A stretch of DNA of 32,000 nucleotides from Aquifex aeolicus VF5 (GCF_000008625.1 NC_000918.1:120001-152000); one strand, 5' to 3'; counted from the first letter of the stretch, positions 19,245 to 29,078 are shown. The notes: generated by a model from the letters alone, not told the origin. Numbers and translations: made by a program.

Positions 19245-21315
19245 AAGGAAGCTCGTTTACCTTAATGCCGTAGCCCCAGAATAGTGCATTTGCCACCGCA
19301 GGTGCTATGGGCGGAAGTCCCGGTTCTCCCACACCTCCCATGTGGGCATCGCTGTTCAGTATGTGCACTTCTATTTCTTCGGGAGCCTCATCCATTCTCA
19401 GAATGGGATAAGTGTCGAAGTTGTCGTTTACGGGCTTTCCGTCTCTGAACCTAACCCCTTCCTTTAAAAAGGCACTGAGTCCCATAATTATCGCGCTTTC
19501 CATCTGGGCTCTTATGAGCTCAGGATTTACGGTTACGGGACCTATGTCTATAGTGCAAACTACCTTGTGTACCTTTATCTTGTCCTCTTCGTAAGAGACT
19601 TCCGCAACTTGTGCCACATGACTTCCGAAAGAGTAGTGGTAAGCAAAACCCATCGCTTTTCCGTATTTCGGCTCTTTGCCCCAGCCAGCTTTTTCGGCGG
19701 TGTACTCAACAACTCTCTGTGCTCTCGGGTTTGTTTCCAAGAGTTCTAATCTCATCTCTACCGGGTCTCTGTTTGCGAGTTTTGCAAGTCTATCTATGAA
19801 GGTTTCCAGGGTAAATGCGTTGTGAGTGCTTCCCACGGAGCGCCAGAAGAACACCGGAACGGGAAGGTCTACCTTTACCCACTCCACGTGGACGTTAGGG
19901 ATTTCGTAAAACATGTTGTGAACTCCTTCAACGGCGGCTGGGTCTATAATCACCTTTCTTCCTGCCCATTCAAAAACGGAGGGTACGGCTATTTTAAAGA
20001 AGAGGGCGTTTACTTTACCATTTTCGTCCACACTCCCTGCCATTTTTGTCGCGTTCATGGGTCTGTACCATCCCGACTTTACGTCGTCCTCCCTTGTGTA
20101 TATCAATTTCACGGGTCTTTTTATCGCCTTTGATACTTCAAGGGCTTCCCTTATAAATTCAACGTTTGCCTTTCGGCCAAAACCACCACCGAGGTAAGTG
20201 GTAATCACCTTTATCTTCTCCTCCGGAAGCCCTGTTATTTCCTTCGCCACGTTCAGTGTGGCAGTCTGGGCTTGAGTGGGTGCGAATATTAAACACTCGT
20301 CTTCTTTAACGTGCACGGTACAGTTCATAGGTTCCATGGTGGCGTGGTAGAGGTAAGGAAGGACGTAGGTTTCCTCAATCTTTTTCTTTGAATTCTTGAG
20401 AACTTCTTCCGGCTTCCCGTCTTTTCTGGCAACTATTCCCTTTTCTTGGAGCTTTTTCAAGTAATATTCCTTAAACTTCTCATCGTCCCAGCCATCTATG
20501 GGTGATTCTTCCCACTCAACCTGAATCTTCTCCCTAGCCTCCAGGCAGTCTTCTAAACTTTCACCGCAAATAGCAAGACCCGTTGATATGGGAACGAGTT
20601 TTACGTTATTGACCTCTCCCTTATATCCTTTCAACTTAGCTCCGAAGGGTGCCCTCTCCACAACAGCGTAAACCATACCTTCCATAAAGGTGTCTATTCC
20701 GAACTTCGCCCTCCCGTTTACTTTTTCGGGAACGTCTATTCTGGGGACACTTTTTCCTATGTATATGAACTCCTCTTTTGTCTTTAGTCTCGGATTGGTT
20801 GGTATCCTTTCCCTGAAGGCTTTTTCCGCAAAAGCACCATAAGGGTATTTTTCTCCTGTTTTCAGGTTTTCAATAAATCCCTGCTTAGCCCTTAAATACT
20901 TCTTCTCCACTCCGAGTTCTTTTGATGCTGCGGAAAGGAGCATTTCCTTCATAGACGCTCCTACGAACCTCAAAAAGTCGTACATGTGTCTTACGCTCGT
21001 ACTTCCTCCCGTGAGCTGCACTCCCCACTTTGGATCTACGTACTTTTTACCCGCGGGTGCGGGTTCTACCTTTACCCTTTCCCAAGGAAAGTCAAGTTCA
21101 TCAGCGAGTATTTGGGGAAGTCCCGTGTAAACTCCCTGTCCCATTTCAGATTTATTGACGAGAACGGTCAGGTAGTTGTCCTCCGAGAGTTTTATCCAGA
21201 GTTCCGGAGCGTAATTTGGCAGCACTTCATCTGCTTTCAAAAGCCTGTAGCCGTCAGAGGTGAGCACTACGGCAAGAGCCAGACCGCCTTTTATAAAATC
21301 TCTCCTGCTTATCAT
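19228..21315 (-). CDS. Molybdopterin-binding large subunit of IorB-type (xanthine dehydrogenase family) oxidoreductase, Tat signal
   Basis: '[18 protein letters not shown]' Tat signal; 'LYHATMEPMNCTVHV', 'TYLGGGFGRKANVEFIREA', 'GVGEPGLPPIAPAVANALF'. ATG at 21315 has SD GGGAGG and overlaps the upstream TGA; preferred over the track start at 21390. Confidence 0.9.
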   Translation of the reverse strand: MISRRDFIKGGLALAVVLTSDGYRLLKADEVLPNYAPELWIKLSEDNYLTVLVNKSEMGQGVYTGLPQILADELDFPWERVKVEPAPAGKKYVDPKWGVQLTGGSTSVRHMYDFLRFVGASMKEMLLSAASKELGVEKKYLRAKQGFIENLKTGEKYPYGAFAEKAFRERIPTNPRLKTKEEFIYIGKSVPRIDVPEKVNGRAKFGIDTFMEGMVYAVVERAPFGAKLKGYKGEVNNVKLVPISTGLAICGESLEDCLEAREKIQVEWEESPIDGWDDEKFKEYYLKKLQEKGIVARKDGKPEEVLKNSKKKIEETYVLPYLYHATMEPMNCTVHVKEDECLIFAPTQAQTATLNVAKEITGLPEEKIKVITTYLGGGFGRKANVEFIREALEVSKAIKRPVKLIYTREDDVKSGWYRPMNATKMAGSVDENGKVNALFFKIAVPSVFEWAGRKVIIDPAAVEGVHNMFYEIPNVHVEWVKVDLPVPVFFWRSVGSTHNAFTLETFIDRLAKLANRDPVEMRLELLETNPRAQRVVEYTAEKAGWGKEPKYGKAMGFAYHYSFGSHVAQVAEVSYEEDKIKVHKVVCTIDIGPVTVNPELIRAQMESAIIMGLSAFLKEGVRFRDGKPVNDNFDTYPILRMDEAPEEIEVHILNSDAHMGGVGEPGLPPIAPAVANALFWGYGIKVNELPFYKTT

Positions 21316-21782
21316 ACTTTTACCTCCCTCATCATCTGGGCAGCCCTCTGAACAGCCCTTACAATCCTCAGGTAAGTCCCGCACCTGCACAGGTGTGAAG
21401 ACATGACACTTACTATTTCCTCTTTTGAAGGGTTCGGATTTTTACTCAGAAGTGCATAGGCTTCCACTATTTGTCCGGGCTGGCAGTATCCGCACTGGGG
21501 AACCTGAAGTTCAATCCATGCCCTTTTAACAGGGTGTTCTTCGGGAATTCCCTCGATGGTTATTATTTCTTTTCATTCCGCTTCCTTGACTGGGTACTGA
21601 CAGCTCCTCACAGGATTTCCGTCTATTAAAACGGTGCAGGAACCGCATATTCCCTTACCGCATCCGAACTTCGTCCCGGTAAGTCTCAACCTCTCCCTTA
21701 TTACCCAGAGGAGAGGCGTATCAGGACTTACATTTACTTCGTACATTTTTCCGTTTACTTTTAAAAGCATTCCTACCTCCAT
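21312..21782 (-). CDS. IorA-type [2Fe-2S] small subunit, interrupted by in-frame TGA at 21575-21573
   Basis: Reading through: [135 protein letters not shown]. Both 2Fe-2S domains are present, in the same frame. Confidence 0.85.
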
Positions 21783-21797
21783 AAGTTTTAAATTTAA

Positions 21798-23150
21798 TTG
21801 ATAATGATTCTTTTGGTTGAAGATGACGACAACTTAAGGGAACTCCTTAAGAAAAAACTCGAAGAACACTTCGTGGTAGAAACTGCAAAAGACGGAAAGA
21901 CGGCAAGGGAGAAGTTAAGTAAAAATAACTACGACGTTGTTCTCCTCGATATAAGACTTCCCGACGTAGACGGAACAGAACTTTTGAAAGAGTTTTCAAC
22001 GAGCGGGGTTAAGTTCATAGTGATTACCGGCTACGGAGACGTAAAAACGGCCGTCCAATGTGTAAAACTGGGAGCCTACGACTTTATCCAAAAACCTTTT
22101 AACTTTGAACTACTGGAAGTAACTATAAGAAGGGCACTTAAAGAGAAAAGACTGGAGGAGGAAAACAGGACGTTAAAGAGCTTCCTCTTTAAGGAAAAGG
22201 AAGAAGATTACCTGCTGGAAACCAGAAGTCCAAAGTTCAGGGAAGTTTTAGAAATAGCGAGGAGGATTGCAAATACAGACCTTCCCGTGCTCATACGCGG
22301 AGAGACGGGAGTGGGGAAGGAAGTTCTTGCTAAATATATACACACTATTTCAAATAGGAAGGACAAACCTTTCGTGGTAGTGGATTGCACCTCTATACCC
22401 GAGCACCTCTTTGAGAGCGAACTCTTTGGATACGAAAAGGGAGCCTTTACGGGGGCAAATACTAGAAAACTAGGACTTGTTGAACTCGCAAATGGCGGAA
22501 CGCTCTTTTTTGACGAAATAGGAGAAATGCCTCTCTCAATTCAAGCAAAGCTCCTGAGATTTATAGAAACTAGAAAGTTTAGAAGGGTAGGAGGTTTAAA
22601 GGATCTAGAAGTAGATGTCAAAATAATTTGCGCTACGAATAAGGATTTATACGAGAAGTCAAAGAGAGGAGAGTTCAGAGAAGACCTCTATTTTCGTATA
22701 AACACAGTGGAAATCGAAATCCCTCCTCTCAGGGAAAGAAAGGAAGACATACCCCTCCTCGTGGAGTTTTTCCTGAAGAAATATGGGAAGAAGATCAAAA
22801 AAGAAACCTTAAACGAGCTTATAAATTACCCCTGGGAGGGAAACGTAAGGGAACTTAAGAACGTAATAGAGAGGGCATGCATACTCTCAACGGGTGAGTA
22901 TATTGACGAGGCGATATGTCTCAGTAAGAAAAGCGTGAGCTGTGTGGAAAAAATGATGGAAAAACTCCCAAGTCTTGAAGAGCTTGAAGGGATGTACCTC
23001 AAGTTTCTTTACGAAAAACTGGAAGGTGATGTGGACAAAATTGCCGTTATTCTCGGCTGTAGCAGGAGAACCGTCTTCAGAAAGTTAAAGAAGTTAAGAG
23101 AGGGGAAGGTGCACTTCAAAAATGCTTCCCTTTCCGGGGGCACTCCTTAA
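21798..23150 (+). CDS. NtrC-family sigma-54-dependent response regulator
   Basis: Receiver '[36 protein letters not shown]', AAA+ '[17 protein letters not shown]', '[19 protein letters not shown]', Fis-type HTH at C-terminus. The ATG at 21804 is a more likely start than TTG at 21798. Confidence 0.94.
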   Translation: MIMILLVEDDDNLRELLKKKLEEHFVVETAKDGKTAREKLSKNNYDVVLLDIRLPDVDGTELLKEFSTSGVKFIVITGYGDVKTAVQCVKLGAYDFIQKPFNFELLEVTIRRALKEKRLEEENRTLKSFLFKEKEEDYLLETRSPKFREVLEIARRIANTDLPVLIRGETGVGKEVLAKYIHTISNRKDKPFVVVDCTSIPEHLFESELFGYEKGAFTGANTRKLGLVELANGGTLFFDEIGEMPLSIQAKLLRFIETRKFRRVGGLKDLEVDVKIICATNKDLYEKSKRGEFREDLYFRINTVEIEIPPLRERKEDIPLLVEFFLKKYGKKIKKETLNELINYPWEGNVRELKNVIERACILSTGEYIDEAICLSKKSVSCVEKMMEKLPSLEELEGMYLKFLYEKLEGDVDKIAVILGCSRRTVFRKLKKLREGKVHFKNASLSGGTP

Positions 23151-24113
23151 GTTTATTTTTCCCCCGTAGCTCTTTACAATGTCGTTCACTATGGCAAGTC
23201 CCAGTCCACTCCCTTCCCTCTTGTCTTTCCCGTGATAAAAGGGCAGGAATATCTTGTCCACTTCTTCGGGAGGTATGCCTTTCCCTTCATCCTCTACAAT
23301 TAAAATCAACTCCTCACCTTCTTTTTTCAGGAAAACTCTCACTTTCTTCCCCCTGTCTGATGCCTGAATTGCGTTCAGAACCAAGTTTAGAACCACGTGT
23401 CTTATGTCCGTTTCGTTTCCAAACATGTAAACGCTTTCAAGTTCTTTTTCTATAATTACTCCTCTCTCTTTTGCGTAAACTCTTAAAAGTTCAAGTACGT
23501 CTTCCACAGCCTTTTTAGTATCCACTAAATCCTTGTTGTTATCCTTCCTCGCAAAAAGCAGTAGCTTGTCAACGGTGTTTTTACAGCTAATGAGTGCATT
23601 TTTTATAACCTCTATCTCTTCACAACTTCCGCACTTTTTTTCCAGCTCCTCAAGTGCAAGGCTTATGGTCGCGAGAGGTGTGTTTAGTTGATGGGCAACT
23701 CCGAGGGCAAGGTACCCCACAGAACTGAGCTTTTGAGAAAGGCTGAAGAGGTAAAACTTTTCCTTGTCGTTCTTTATGTTTTTTATGAACTGAATTATTT
23801 TCCTGCCCTCTTCTATTGGGAAAGCACAGATTTCTACGTGAACTTCCTTGTTATCGTGGGTGTAGTGGGTATGAACCACACTGACAGCTCCTTTCCTTTT
23901 CTGGATCTCTTTTAAGGGACAGGGATGACACTCACCGTCGCAGGGCTCGTCCCTCTTGTGAGAAACAAGATAGCAAGGCTTCCCCACGACCTCCTCTTTA
24001 CTTCTGTACCCGTTTTCCTTCACGTAAGACTCGTTGGCGTAAACTATTTTGTAATCTTTGTCTATCACCACAACCTGTTCTTTAAACTTTTCAAATACCT
24101 CAAACTCCCCCAT
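23094..24113 (-). CDS. PAS-domain sensor histidine kinase
   Basis: 339 aa; PAS 'QVVVIDKDYKIVYANESYVKENGY', H-box 'GYLALGVAHQLNTPLATI', N-box 'IRHVVLNLVLNAIQAS', G-boxes 'VEDEGKGIPPE', 'GSGLGLAIV'. Confidence 0.93.
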   Translation of the reverse strand: MGEFEVFEKFKEQVVVIDKDYKIVYANESYVKENGYRSKEEVVGKPCYLVSHKRDEPCDGECHPCPLKEIQKRKGAVSVVHTHYTHDNKEVHVEICAFPIEEGRKIIQFIKNIKNDKEKFYLFSLSQKLSSVGYLALGVAHQLNTPLATISLALEELEKKCGSCEEIEVIKNALISCKNTVDKLLLFARKDNNKDLVDTKKAVEDVLELLRVYAKERGVIIEKELESVYMFGNETDIRHVVLNLVLNAIQASDRGKKVRVFLKKEGEELILIVEDEGKGIPPEEVDKIFLPFYHGKDKREGSGLGLAIVNDIVKSYGGKINLRSAPGKGSIFEVHLPLS

Positions 24114-24146
24114 GGGAAAAATTTCTTTCCACCGTAAGAATTTTTA

Positions 24147-24184
24147 AGTGTCAAGTTTGTCACTAAGGTGTCATTTTTGACACC
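24147..24184. promoter_or_regulatory. Two phased inverted repeats, candidate enhancer (UAS) for the adjacent NtrC-type regulator
   Basis: AGTGTCA-AGTT-TGTCACT (24147-24164) and GGTGTCA-TTTT-TGACACC (24167-24184), centres 20 bp apart, upstream of a sigma-54 promoter. Confidence 0.75.
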
Positions 24185-24225
24185 TGATTCTTTTCAAGTT
24201 CCTTAGAATTTCAGTGTCCAGAAAT

Positions 24226-24241
24226 TGGCACGAAAATTGCA
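24226..24241 (+). promoter_or_regulatory. Sigma-54 (-24/-12) promoter upstream of the flavoprotein-Rieske operon
   Basis: TGGCAC-GAAAA-TTGCA, perfect match to -24/-12 consensus, 33 bp before the ORF start at 24275. Confidence 0.93.
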
Positions 24242-24274
24242 ATAAATACAACGAACAAAAATGGAGGTAAGAGT

Positions 24275-25585
24275 ATGGGTGTAAATAGGAGAGACGTTTT
24301 TAAACTGGCGGGTTTGGGGGTAGCTCTGGGAGCACTTCAATTACCCTCTATTGCATGTGCTGCGAAAACGTCAAATAGCTTGCTCTCTCCTTCTAAGGGA
24401 AAGAGGATAGTAATCGTGGGAGGAGGATGGGCCGGTGTTACGGCGGCAAAATATATAAGGAAGGAAATCCCCGACGCGGAAGTGGTTCTCATAGAACAGA
24501 GAAAGATGTTTATGTCCTGTCCGATAAGTAACGTATGGCTGGGTGGGCTGGTAGACCTGGAATTCCTTATACACGACTTCTTAACACCCGCTGCAAAGTA
24601 CGGTTACACTTTCATTAACGCAACCGTAACGGATATAGACAGGGATAAAAGAAGGGTATACACGGAAGACGGATACGTTGAGTACGACTACCTCATACTC
24701 GCACCAGGAATAAGGTACAACTACGACGCATGGTTTAACGGAGATAAGGACATGGCAAGGTACGCTCAGACACACTACCCATCCGCTTTCATTCCCGGCT
24801 CTGAGCACTTGAGGCTGAAGAAGAAAGTGGAAAACTTCGAAGAAGGGACGTTTGTACTGGTTGTTCCTCCACCTCCACACAGATGTCCTCCCGCACCTTA
24901 CGAGAGGGCAGCTATGATAGCGCACGTTTTCAGGCAAAACGAAGCCAAGGCAAAATTGATAATCCTTGATCCAAAAGAAAAGATAGCTCCAAAGGGTCCC
25001 GGTTTCAGAATGGCTTACGAGCAGCTGTATCTTGACATAATAGAGTACGTTCCCAACGCAAAGATAAAGGAAGTTGACCCCGTTAAAAAGGTTATAAAGA
25101 CTACCGCAGGGGACTTTAAGTTTGACGACGCTAACCTGAACCCTCCCCATCAAGCGGCGGACATTGCCTGGAAAGCCGGACTCGTCAATCCAAAAACGGG
25201 CTGGTGTGATGTAGACCCTATAACGCTTCAGTCTAAGGTGGACAAGAGGATATTCATCCCCGGAGACGCAAACTCCGTAAAAGGTTTTCCAAAGAGCGGT
25301 GATATGGCGAACAACCAGACCAAGTTTATGCTCGTGAAAGCTATAAAGGCGATGATAGAAGGAAAGGATCCCCTTGAATACGTAAAGGCTCCTACAAACA
25401 CCTGTTACTCTATGGTAAACGGAGACCCGAAAGAAGCGATAGTCATTAACGTTGTTTACGACATAGACAAACAAAAGCGTATGCCCGTTAAGAAGAAGGT
25501 TAACGTAGAAAACGAGCGTTCTCAAAGACTCGCAAGGGCTACATTTGAATGGGCTAAAGCCATGTACAGGGATATGTTCTCGTGA
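24275..25585 (+). CDS. FccB-like (sulfide dehydrogenase/flavocytochrome c flavoprotein family) FAD protein with Tat signal
   Basis: 436 aa; 'NRRDVFKLAGLGVALGAL' Tat signal, 'KRIVIVGGGWAGVTAAKYIRKEIPDAEVVLIEQ', 'MSCPISNVWLGG', 'VFIPGDA' variant 'RIFIPGDANSV'. Confidence 0.87.
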   Translation: MGVNRRDVFKLAGLGVALGALQLPSIACAAKTSNSLLSPSKGKRIVIVGGGWAGVTAAKYIRKEIPDAEVVLIEQRKMFMSCPISNVWLGGLVDLEFLIHDFLTPAAKYGYTFINATVTDIDRDKRRVYTEDGYVEYDYLILAPGIRYNYDAWFNGDKDMARYAQTHYPSAFIPGSEHLRLKKKVENFEEGTFVLVVPPPPHRCPPAPYERAAMIAHVFRQNEAKAKLIILDPKEKIAPKGPGFRMAYEQLYLDIIEYVPNAKIKEVDPVKKVIKTTAGDFKFDDANLNPPHQAADIAWKAGLVNPKTGWCDVDPITLQSKVDKRIFIPGDANSVKGFPKSGDMANNQTKFMLVKAIKAMIEGKDPLEYVKAPTNTCYSMVNGDPKEAIVINVVYDIDKQKRMPVKKKVNVENERSQRLARATFEWAKAMYRDMFS

Positions 25586-25594
25586 GGTAAGGAA

Positions 25595-26311
25595 ATGGAC
25601 AGAAGAACCTTCGTAAAAGCCTGCGGGTCAGTTGCCACACTTTCCCTTATCTCTTCCTCCTTTTTTACTCAAACCTTAAGAGCACAAACCAACGAGTTCA
25701 AAAAGTACAAAAAGGCTATTCTGCTGAACAAAGATGGAAATCCGATAAAGCCGGAGGAGATAGAAGTCGGAAAGCAGTACTTGTTTTTCTACCCTTACCG
25801 CTCAACGCCTGCCTTTTTGCTCAACCTCGGAAAGGAAGTAAAGCCTGTGGAAGTAAAGCTCTTAGACGGGAGTTCCTACCTCTGGCCCGGAGGCGTAGGT
25901 CCTCAAAAAAGCATTATCGCTTTCTGTGCTATATGTCCACATCAACTCAGTTATCCGACTCCCGATTATTCTTTCATTAATTACTATCCGCCCGACAAGC
26001 CCTCAAAAGCGGCAAAAAAAGGAAACGTCATTCAGTGCTGTGCCCACATGTCCATCTTTGACCCCGAAAAGGGAGGAGTTGTACTGGACGGTCCCGCGGA
26101 ATACCCCTTACTTACGATAGTCCTTTCATACGAGGATGGAAAACTTTACGCGGTCGGGACGCTCGGTGTGGAGAAGTTTTCAGATTTCTTTGATGCCTAC
26201 CGCTCTGAGCTTAAGAAAATGTACAAATCCTTCAGAAAGGCAAAGAAGAAGGTGGATAAATCTGTTGTTATGAGGGTGGAGGAGTACGTAAATGAAGTCA
26301 TTTACTGTTGA
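25595..26311 (+). CDS. Rieske-type iron-sulfur protein with Tat-like signal
   Basis: 238 aa; N-terminal 'MDRRTFVKACGSVATLSLI'; 'CAICPHQLSYP' (C-x-H) and 'CCAHMSIFDPEKGGVVLDGPAEYPL' (C-x-x-H). Confidence 0.82.
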   Translation: MDRRTFVKACGSVATLSLISSSFFTQTLRAQTNEFKKYKKAILLNKDGNPIKPEEIEVGKQYLFFYPYRSTPAFLLNLGKEVKPVEVKLLDGSSYLWPGGVGPQKSIIAFCAICPHQLSYPTPDYSFINYYPPDKPSKAAKKGNVIQCCAHMSIFDPEKGGVVLDGPAEYPLLTIVLSYEDGKLYAVGTLGVEKFSDFFDAYRSELKKMYKSFRKAKKKVDKSVVMRVEEYVNEVIYC

Positions 26312-27545
26312 CAGAAGGAATTTACTGCTTGCAGGTGGAATTGGACTTTTGGGTGTTTACGTTTCAAAGAGTCTTGTCTTTGGAGAGACTAAGGGAAACA
26401 GGGTTGTGGTTCTCGGGGGAGGGTACGGGGGTGTTACAACTGCAAAGTACGTAAAGAAACTTTACCCCGATGCGGAAGTTGTTCTGGTAGAAAAGAACCC
26501 AATGTTCGTGTCCTGTCCTCTGAGCAACCTCTACCTGGTTGGTTTAGTTCCTTACGAACAGCTCTGCTATCCATATAACAACCTAGTGACAAAGTACGGT
26601 GTGAACTTCGTAAACGACGAGGTTATAGGAATTGAGCTTGATAAGAGAGAAGTAATTCTCGGAAACGGAAGACTGAAGTACGACTACCTAGTGATTTCAC
26701 TCGGCATAGAGTACGATTACGAAGAAAATCCGGCGTTGAAGGAAGTTTACTGGAGTTATCCTCCCGCATTCAGACAGGGAAGCGAACACCTTTACCTGAA
26801 GAGGATGCTCGAAGGCTTTGAAGGGGAGAGTATATTAATCAGCGTCCCGAAGATGCCATACCGCTGTCCTTCCGCACCTTACGAGAGAGCCGCACTTATA
26901 CTCTCCTACGCCAAAAAGGAAGGACTTAAAGTTCACCTTTACTTCGTAGATGAGAACGAAAGACCTCCCGTACTTACAAAAGGATTTTTGAAAGCTTACC
27001 AAGACTTTTACAAAGACGACGCCACTTACCTTACCTCAACAAAAGTTCTGGAAGTTGACCCCGTCAAAAAAGTGGCAAGAACCACGAAAGGCGACATAAA
27101 GTTCAGTATGGCAAACTTCATACCCCCCATGAGGGCTCCAAAGCTTCTGGAAAAGGCAGGACTTTTGAAGAAAGGGGAAAAGTGGGTAAAAGTGGATCCC
27201 ATGACTTTTGAAACCTCAGTAAAAAACGTTTTCGTTATAGGGGACAGTGCCTTTACCTATCTGCCAAAGAGCGGTTACGCTGCTCACTCACAGGGTAAAG
27301 TAGTCGCAAAGGTTATAGCTTCAAGACTCAGGAAAAAGCCCTGGGAGGGAGAGCTTATACAGCAAGCGGTTTGCTACGCCATGGTAAACCTCAAGCAGGC
27401 GATAATGATGAACGTGGAGTACAAGTACAACCTAAAGACAAAAGAGATAAAGAAGGAGATTTACGAGGACGATACCTGGAAGGTTTCAACAGCAAAGAGG
27501 TATATAGAGTGGGCGAGGGGACTGTGGAGGGACATGTTTACGTGA
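26292..27545 (+). CDS. Second FccB-like flavoprotein paralogue with Tat signal
   Basis: 417 aa; 'VDRRNLLLAGGIGLLG', 'NRVVVLGGGYGGVTTAKYVKKLYPDAEVVLVEKNPMFVSCPLSNLYLVGL', 'VFVIGDSAF'. Confidence 0.86.
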   Translation: MKSFTVDRRNLLLAGGIGLLGVYVSKSLVFGETKGNRVVVLGGGYGGVTTAKYVKKLYPDAEVVLVEKNPMFVSCPLSNLYLVGLVPYEQLCYPYNNLVTKYGVNFVNDEVIGIELDKREVILGNGRLKYDYLVISLGIEYDYEENPALKEVYWSYPPAFRQGSEHLYLKRMLEGFEGESILISVPKMPYRCPSAPYERAALILSYAKKEGLKVHLYFVDENERPPVLTKGFLKAYQDFYKDDATYLTSTKVLEVDPVKKVARTTKGDIKFSMANFIPPMRAPKLLEKAGLLKKGEKWVKVDPMTFETSVKNVFVIGDSAFTYLPKSGYAAHSQGKVVAKVIASRLRKKPWEGELIQQAVCYAMVNLKQAIMMNVEYKYNLKTKEIKKEIYEDDTWKVSTAKRYIEWARGLWRDMFT

Positions 27546-29078
27546 TTACTCCCACTCTATGGTAGAAGGGGGTTTTGAGGATATGTCGTAAACAACCCTG
27601 TTCACCCCTTCCACTTCGTTTATTATCCTTCTCATAACCCTGTCCAGGAAGTCGTAGGGAAGTCTCGCCCAATCCGCTGTCATACCGTCCACACTCTCAA
27701 CAGCCCTGAGGGCTACGACTTTCTCGTAAGTTCTAACATCTCCCATAACACCCACGGATTTCACGGGAAGTAGAACAGCGAAAGCCTGCCAGACTCTGTC
27801 GTAAAGCCCTTCCTTTTTTAGTTCCTGTATGAATATGTAATCCGCCTTCCTCAGGATTTCTAAGTCCTTTTTATTCACCTCACCGATAATCCTTATGGCG
27901 AGTCCGGGACCTGGGAAGGGATGTCTCCTGAGGATTTCCTCGGGAACGCCGAGAAGTTTCCCGATTTTTCTCACCTCGTCTTTAAAGAGTTCCCTGAAAG
28001 GTTCAAGTAGTTTTAAGTTCATTCGCTCGGGAAGCCCGCCCACGTTGTGGTGAGTCTTTATCTTAGCACTTCCCTTTATTCCGGCACTTTCCACAACGTC
28101 AGGGTAAAGGGTTCCCTGAAGTAAGAACTCCGCACCCTCTATCTTTTTAGCCTCCCTCTCAAAGACTTCTATAAAGGTTCTCCCTATTATCTTTCTCTTT
28201 TCTTCTGGATCCTCAACGCCTTTTAATTTTTCGAGGAACTCTTCCGAGGCGTCCACGACCGTGAGAGGAAGGCCCAAGGACCTTAAGTTCTTCTCAACTT
28301 CTTCCCTCTCTTTGTACCTCAAGAGTCCGTGGTCTATAAAGAAGCAGTGAAGTTTATCTCCTATAGCCCTGTGGGTTAAAACCGCGGCTACCGTAGAATC
28401 CACCCCCCCTGAGAGCGCGGCTATCACCTTAGCGTCTCCCACGGTCTTCCTTATCTCCTCTATTTTCTCATGGATGAAGTCACCCATTTCCCAGTTCTTT
28501 TCCGCCTTGCATACGCCGTATATAAAGTTTGCGAGCATCTCCTTTCCGAAGACTGTGTGCGTGACCTCAGGGTGGAATTGAAAGCCGTAAATTTTCTTCT
28601 CCCTGTTTGCTATAACCGCGTAGGGGGAGTTTTCGGATACCGCCAGAACCTCAAAGCCCTCTGGAAGCTCTACAACCTTGTCCGCGTGGGACATCCACAC
28701 ATCACTCTCCTTCGGTATACCCTCAAATATCACATCTTCCTTAATAATCCTGAGTCTCGCCCTTCCGTACTCCTGCTTTTCAGAGCGAACTACTTTACCG
28801 CCAAGCTGGTGTGTAATCACTTGAAGCCCGTAACAAATCCCAAGTATGGGAACACCGAGCTCGTAAATCCTTTTGTCGGGTAGGGGAGCACCCTCGGCGT
28901 AAACGGATGCGGGACCTCCCGAGAATATAATCCCGTAGGGATTTTTCTTCTTAATTTCTTCCACAGGGGTGTCCCAGTGGACAATTTCACTGTAAACACC
29001 AAGCTCCCTTACCCTTCTTGCGATGAGCTGAACGTATTGAGAACCGAAATTAACGACGAGTATAGGTCTTCTCTGCAT
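27546..29078 (-). CDS. guaA: GMP synthase (glutamine-hydrolysing)
   Basis: 510 aa; '[10 protein letters not shown]' amidotransferase Cys, 'FHPEVTHT', '[14 protein letters not shown]', C-terminal '[14 protein letters not shown]'. Confidence 0.98.
   Translation of the reverse strand: MQRRPILVVNFGSQYVQLIARRVRELGVYSEIVHWDTPVEEIKKKNPYGIIFSGGPASVYAEGAPLPDKRIYELGVPILGICYGLQVITHQLGGKVVRSEKQEYGRARLRIIKEDVIFEGIPKESDVWMSHADKVVELPEGFEVLAVSENSPYAVIANREKKIYGFQFHPEVTHTVFGKEMLANFIYGVCKAEKNWEMGDFIHEKIEEIRKTVGDAKVIAALSGGVDSTVAAVLTHRAIGDKLHCFFIDHGLLRYKEREEVEKNLRSLGLPLTVVDASEEFLEKLKGVEDPEEKRKIIGRTFIEVFEREAKKIEGAEFLLQGTLYPDVVESAGIKGSAKIKTHHNVGGLPERMNLKLLEPFRELFKDEVRKIGKLLGVPEEILRRHPFPGPGLAIRIIGEVNKKDLEILRKADYIFIQELKKEGLYDRVWQAFAVLLPVKSVGVMGDVRTYEKVVALRAVESVDGMTADWARLPYDFLDRVMRRIINEVEGVNRVVYDISSKPPSTIEWE

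Noticed and set aside
21540-21575. Possible SECIS hairpin after the in-frame TGA in the IorA-like gene
   Set aside because: The only nearby symmetry is GGGAATTCCC, which folds to a 3-bp stem and does not resemble the bacterial SECIS spacing or loop. Selenocysteine is therefore not supported by structure, only left open.
24581-25525. 314-aa minus-strand ORF opposite the first FccB-like flavoprotein
   Set aside because: The plus strand encodes a clearly motif-bearing flavoprotein; the antisense product is low-complexity (V/Y/C/R-rich), shows no family motif, and has no plausible independent signals.
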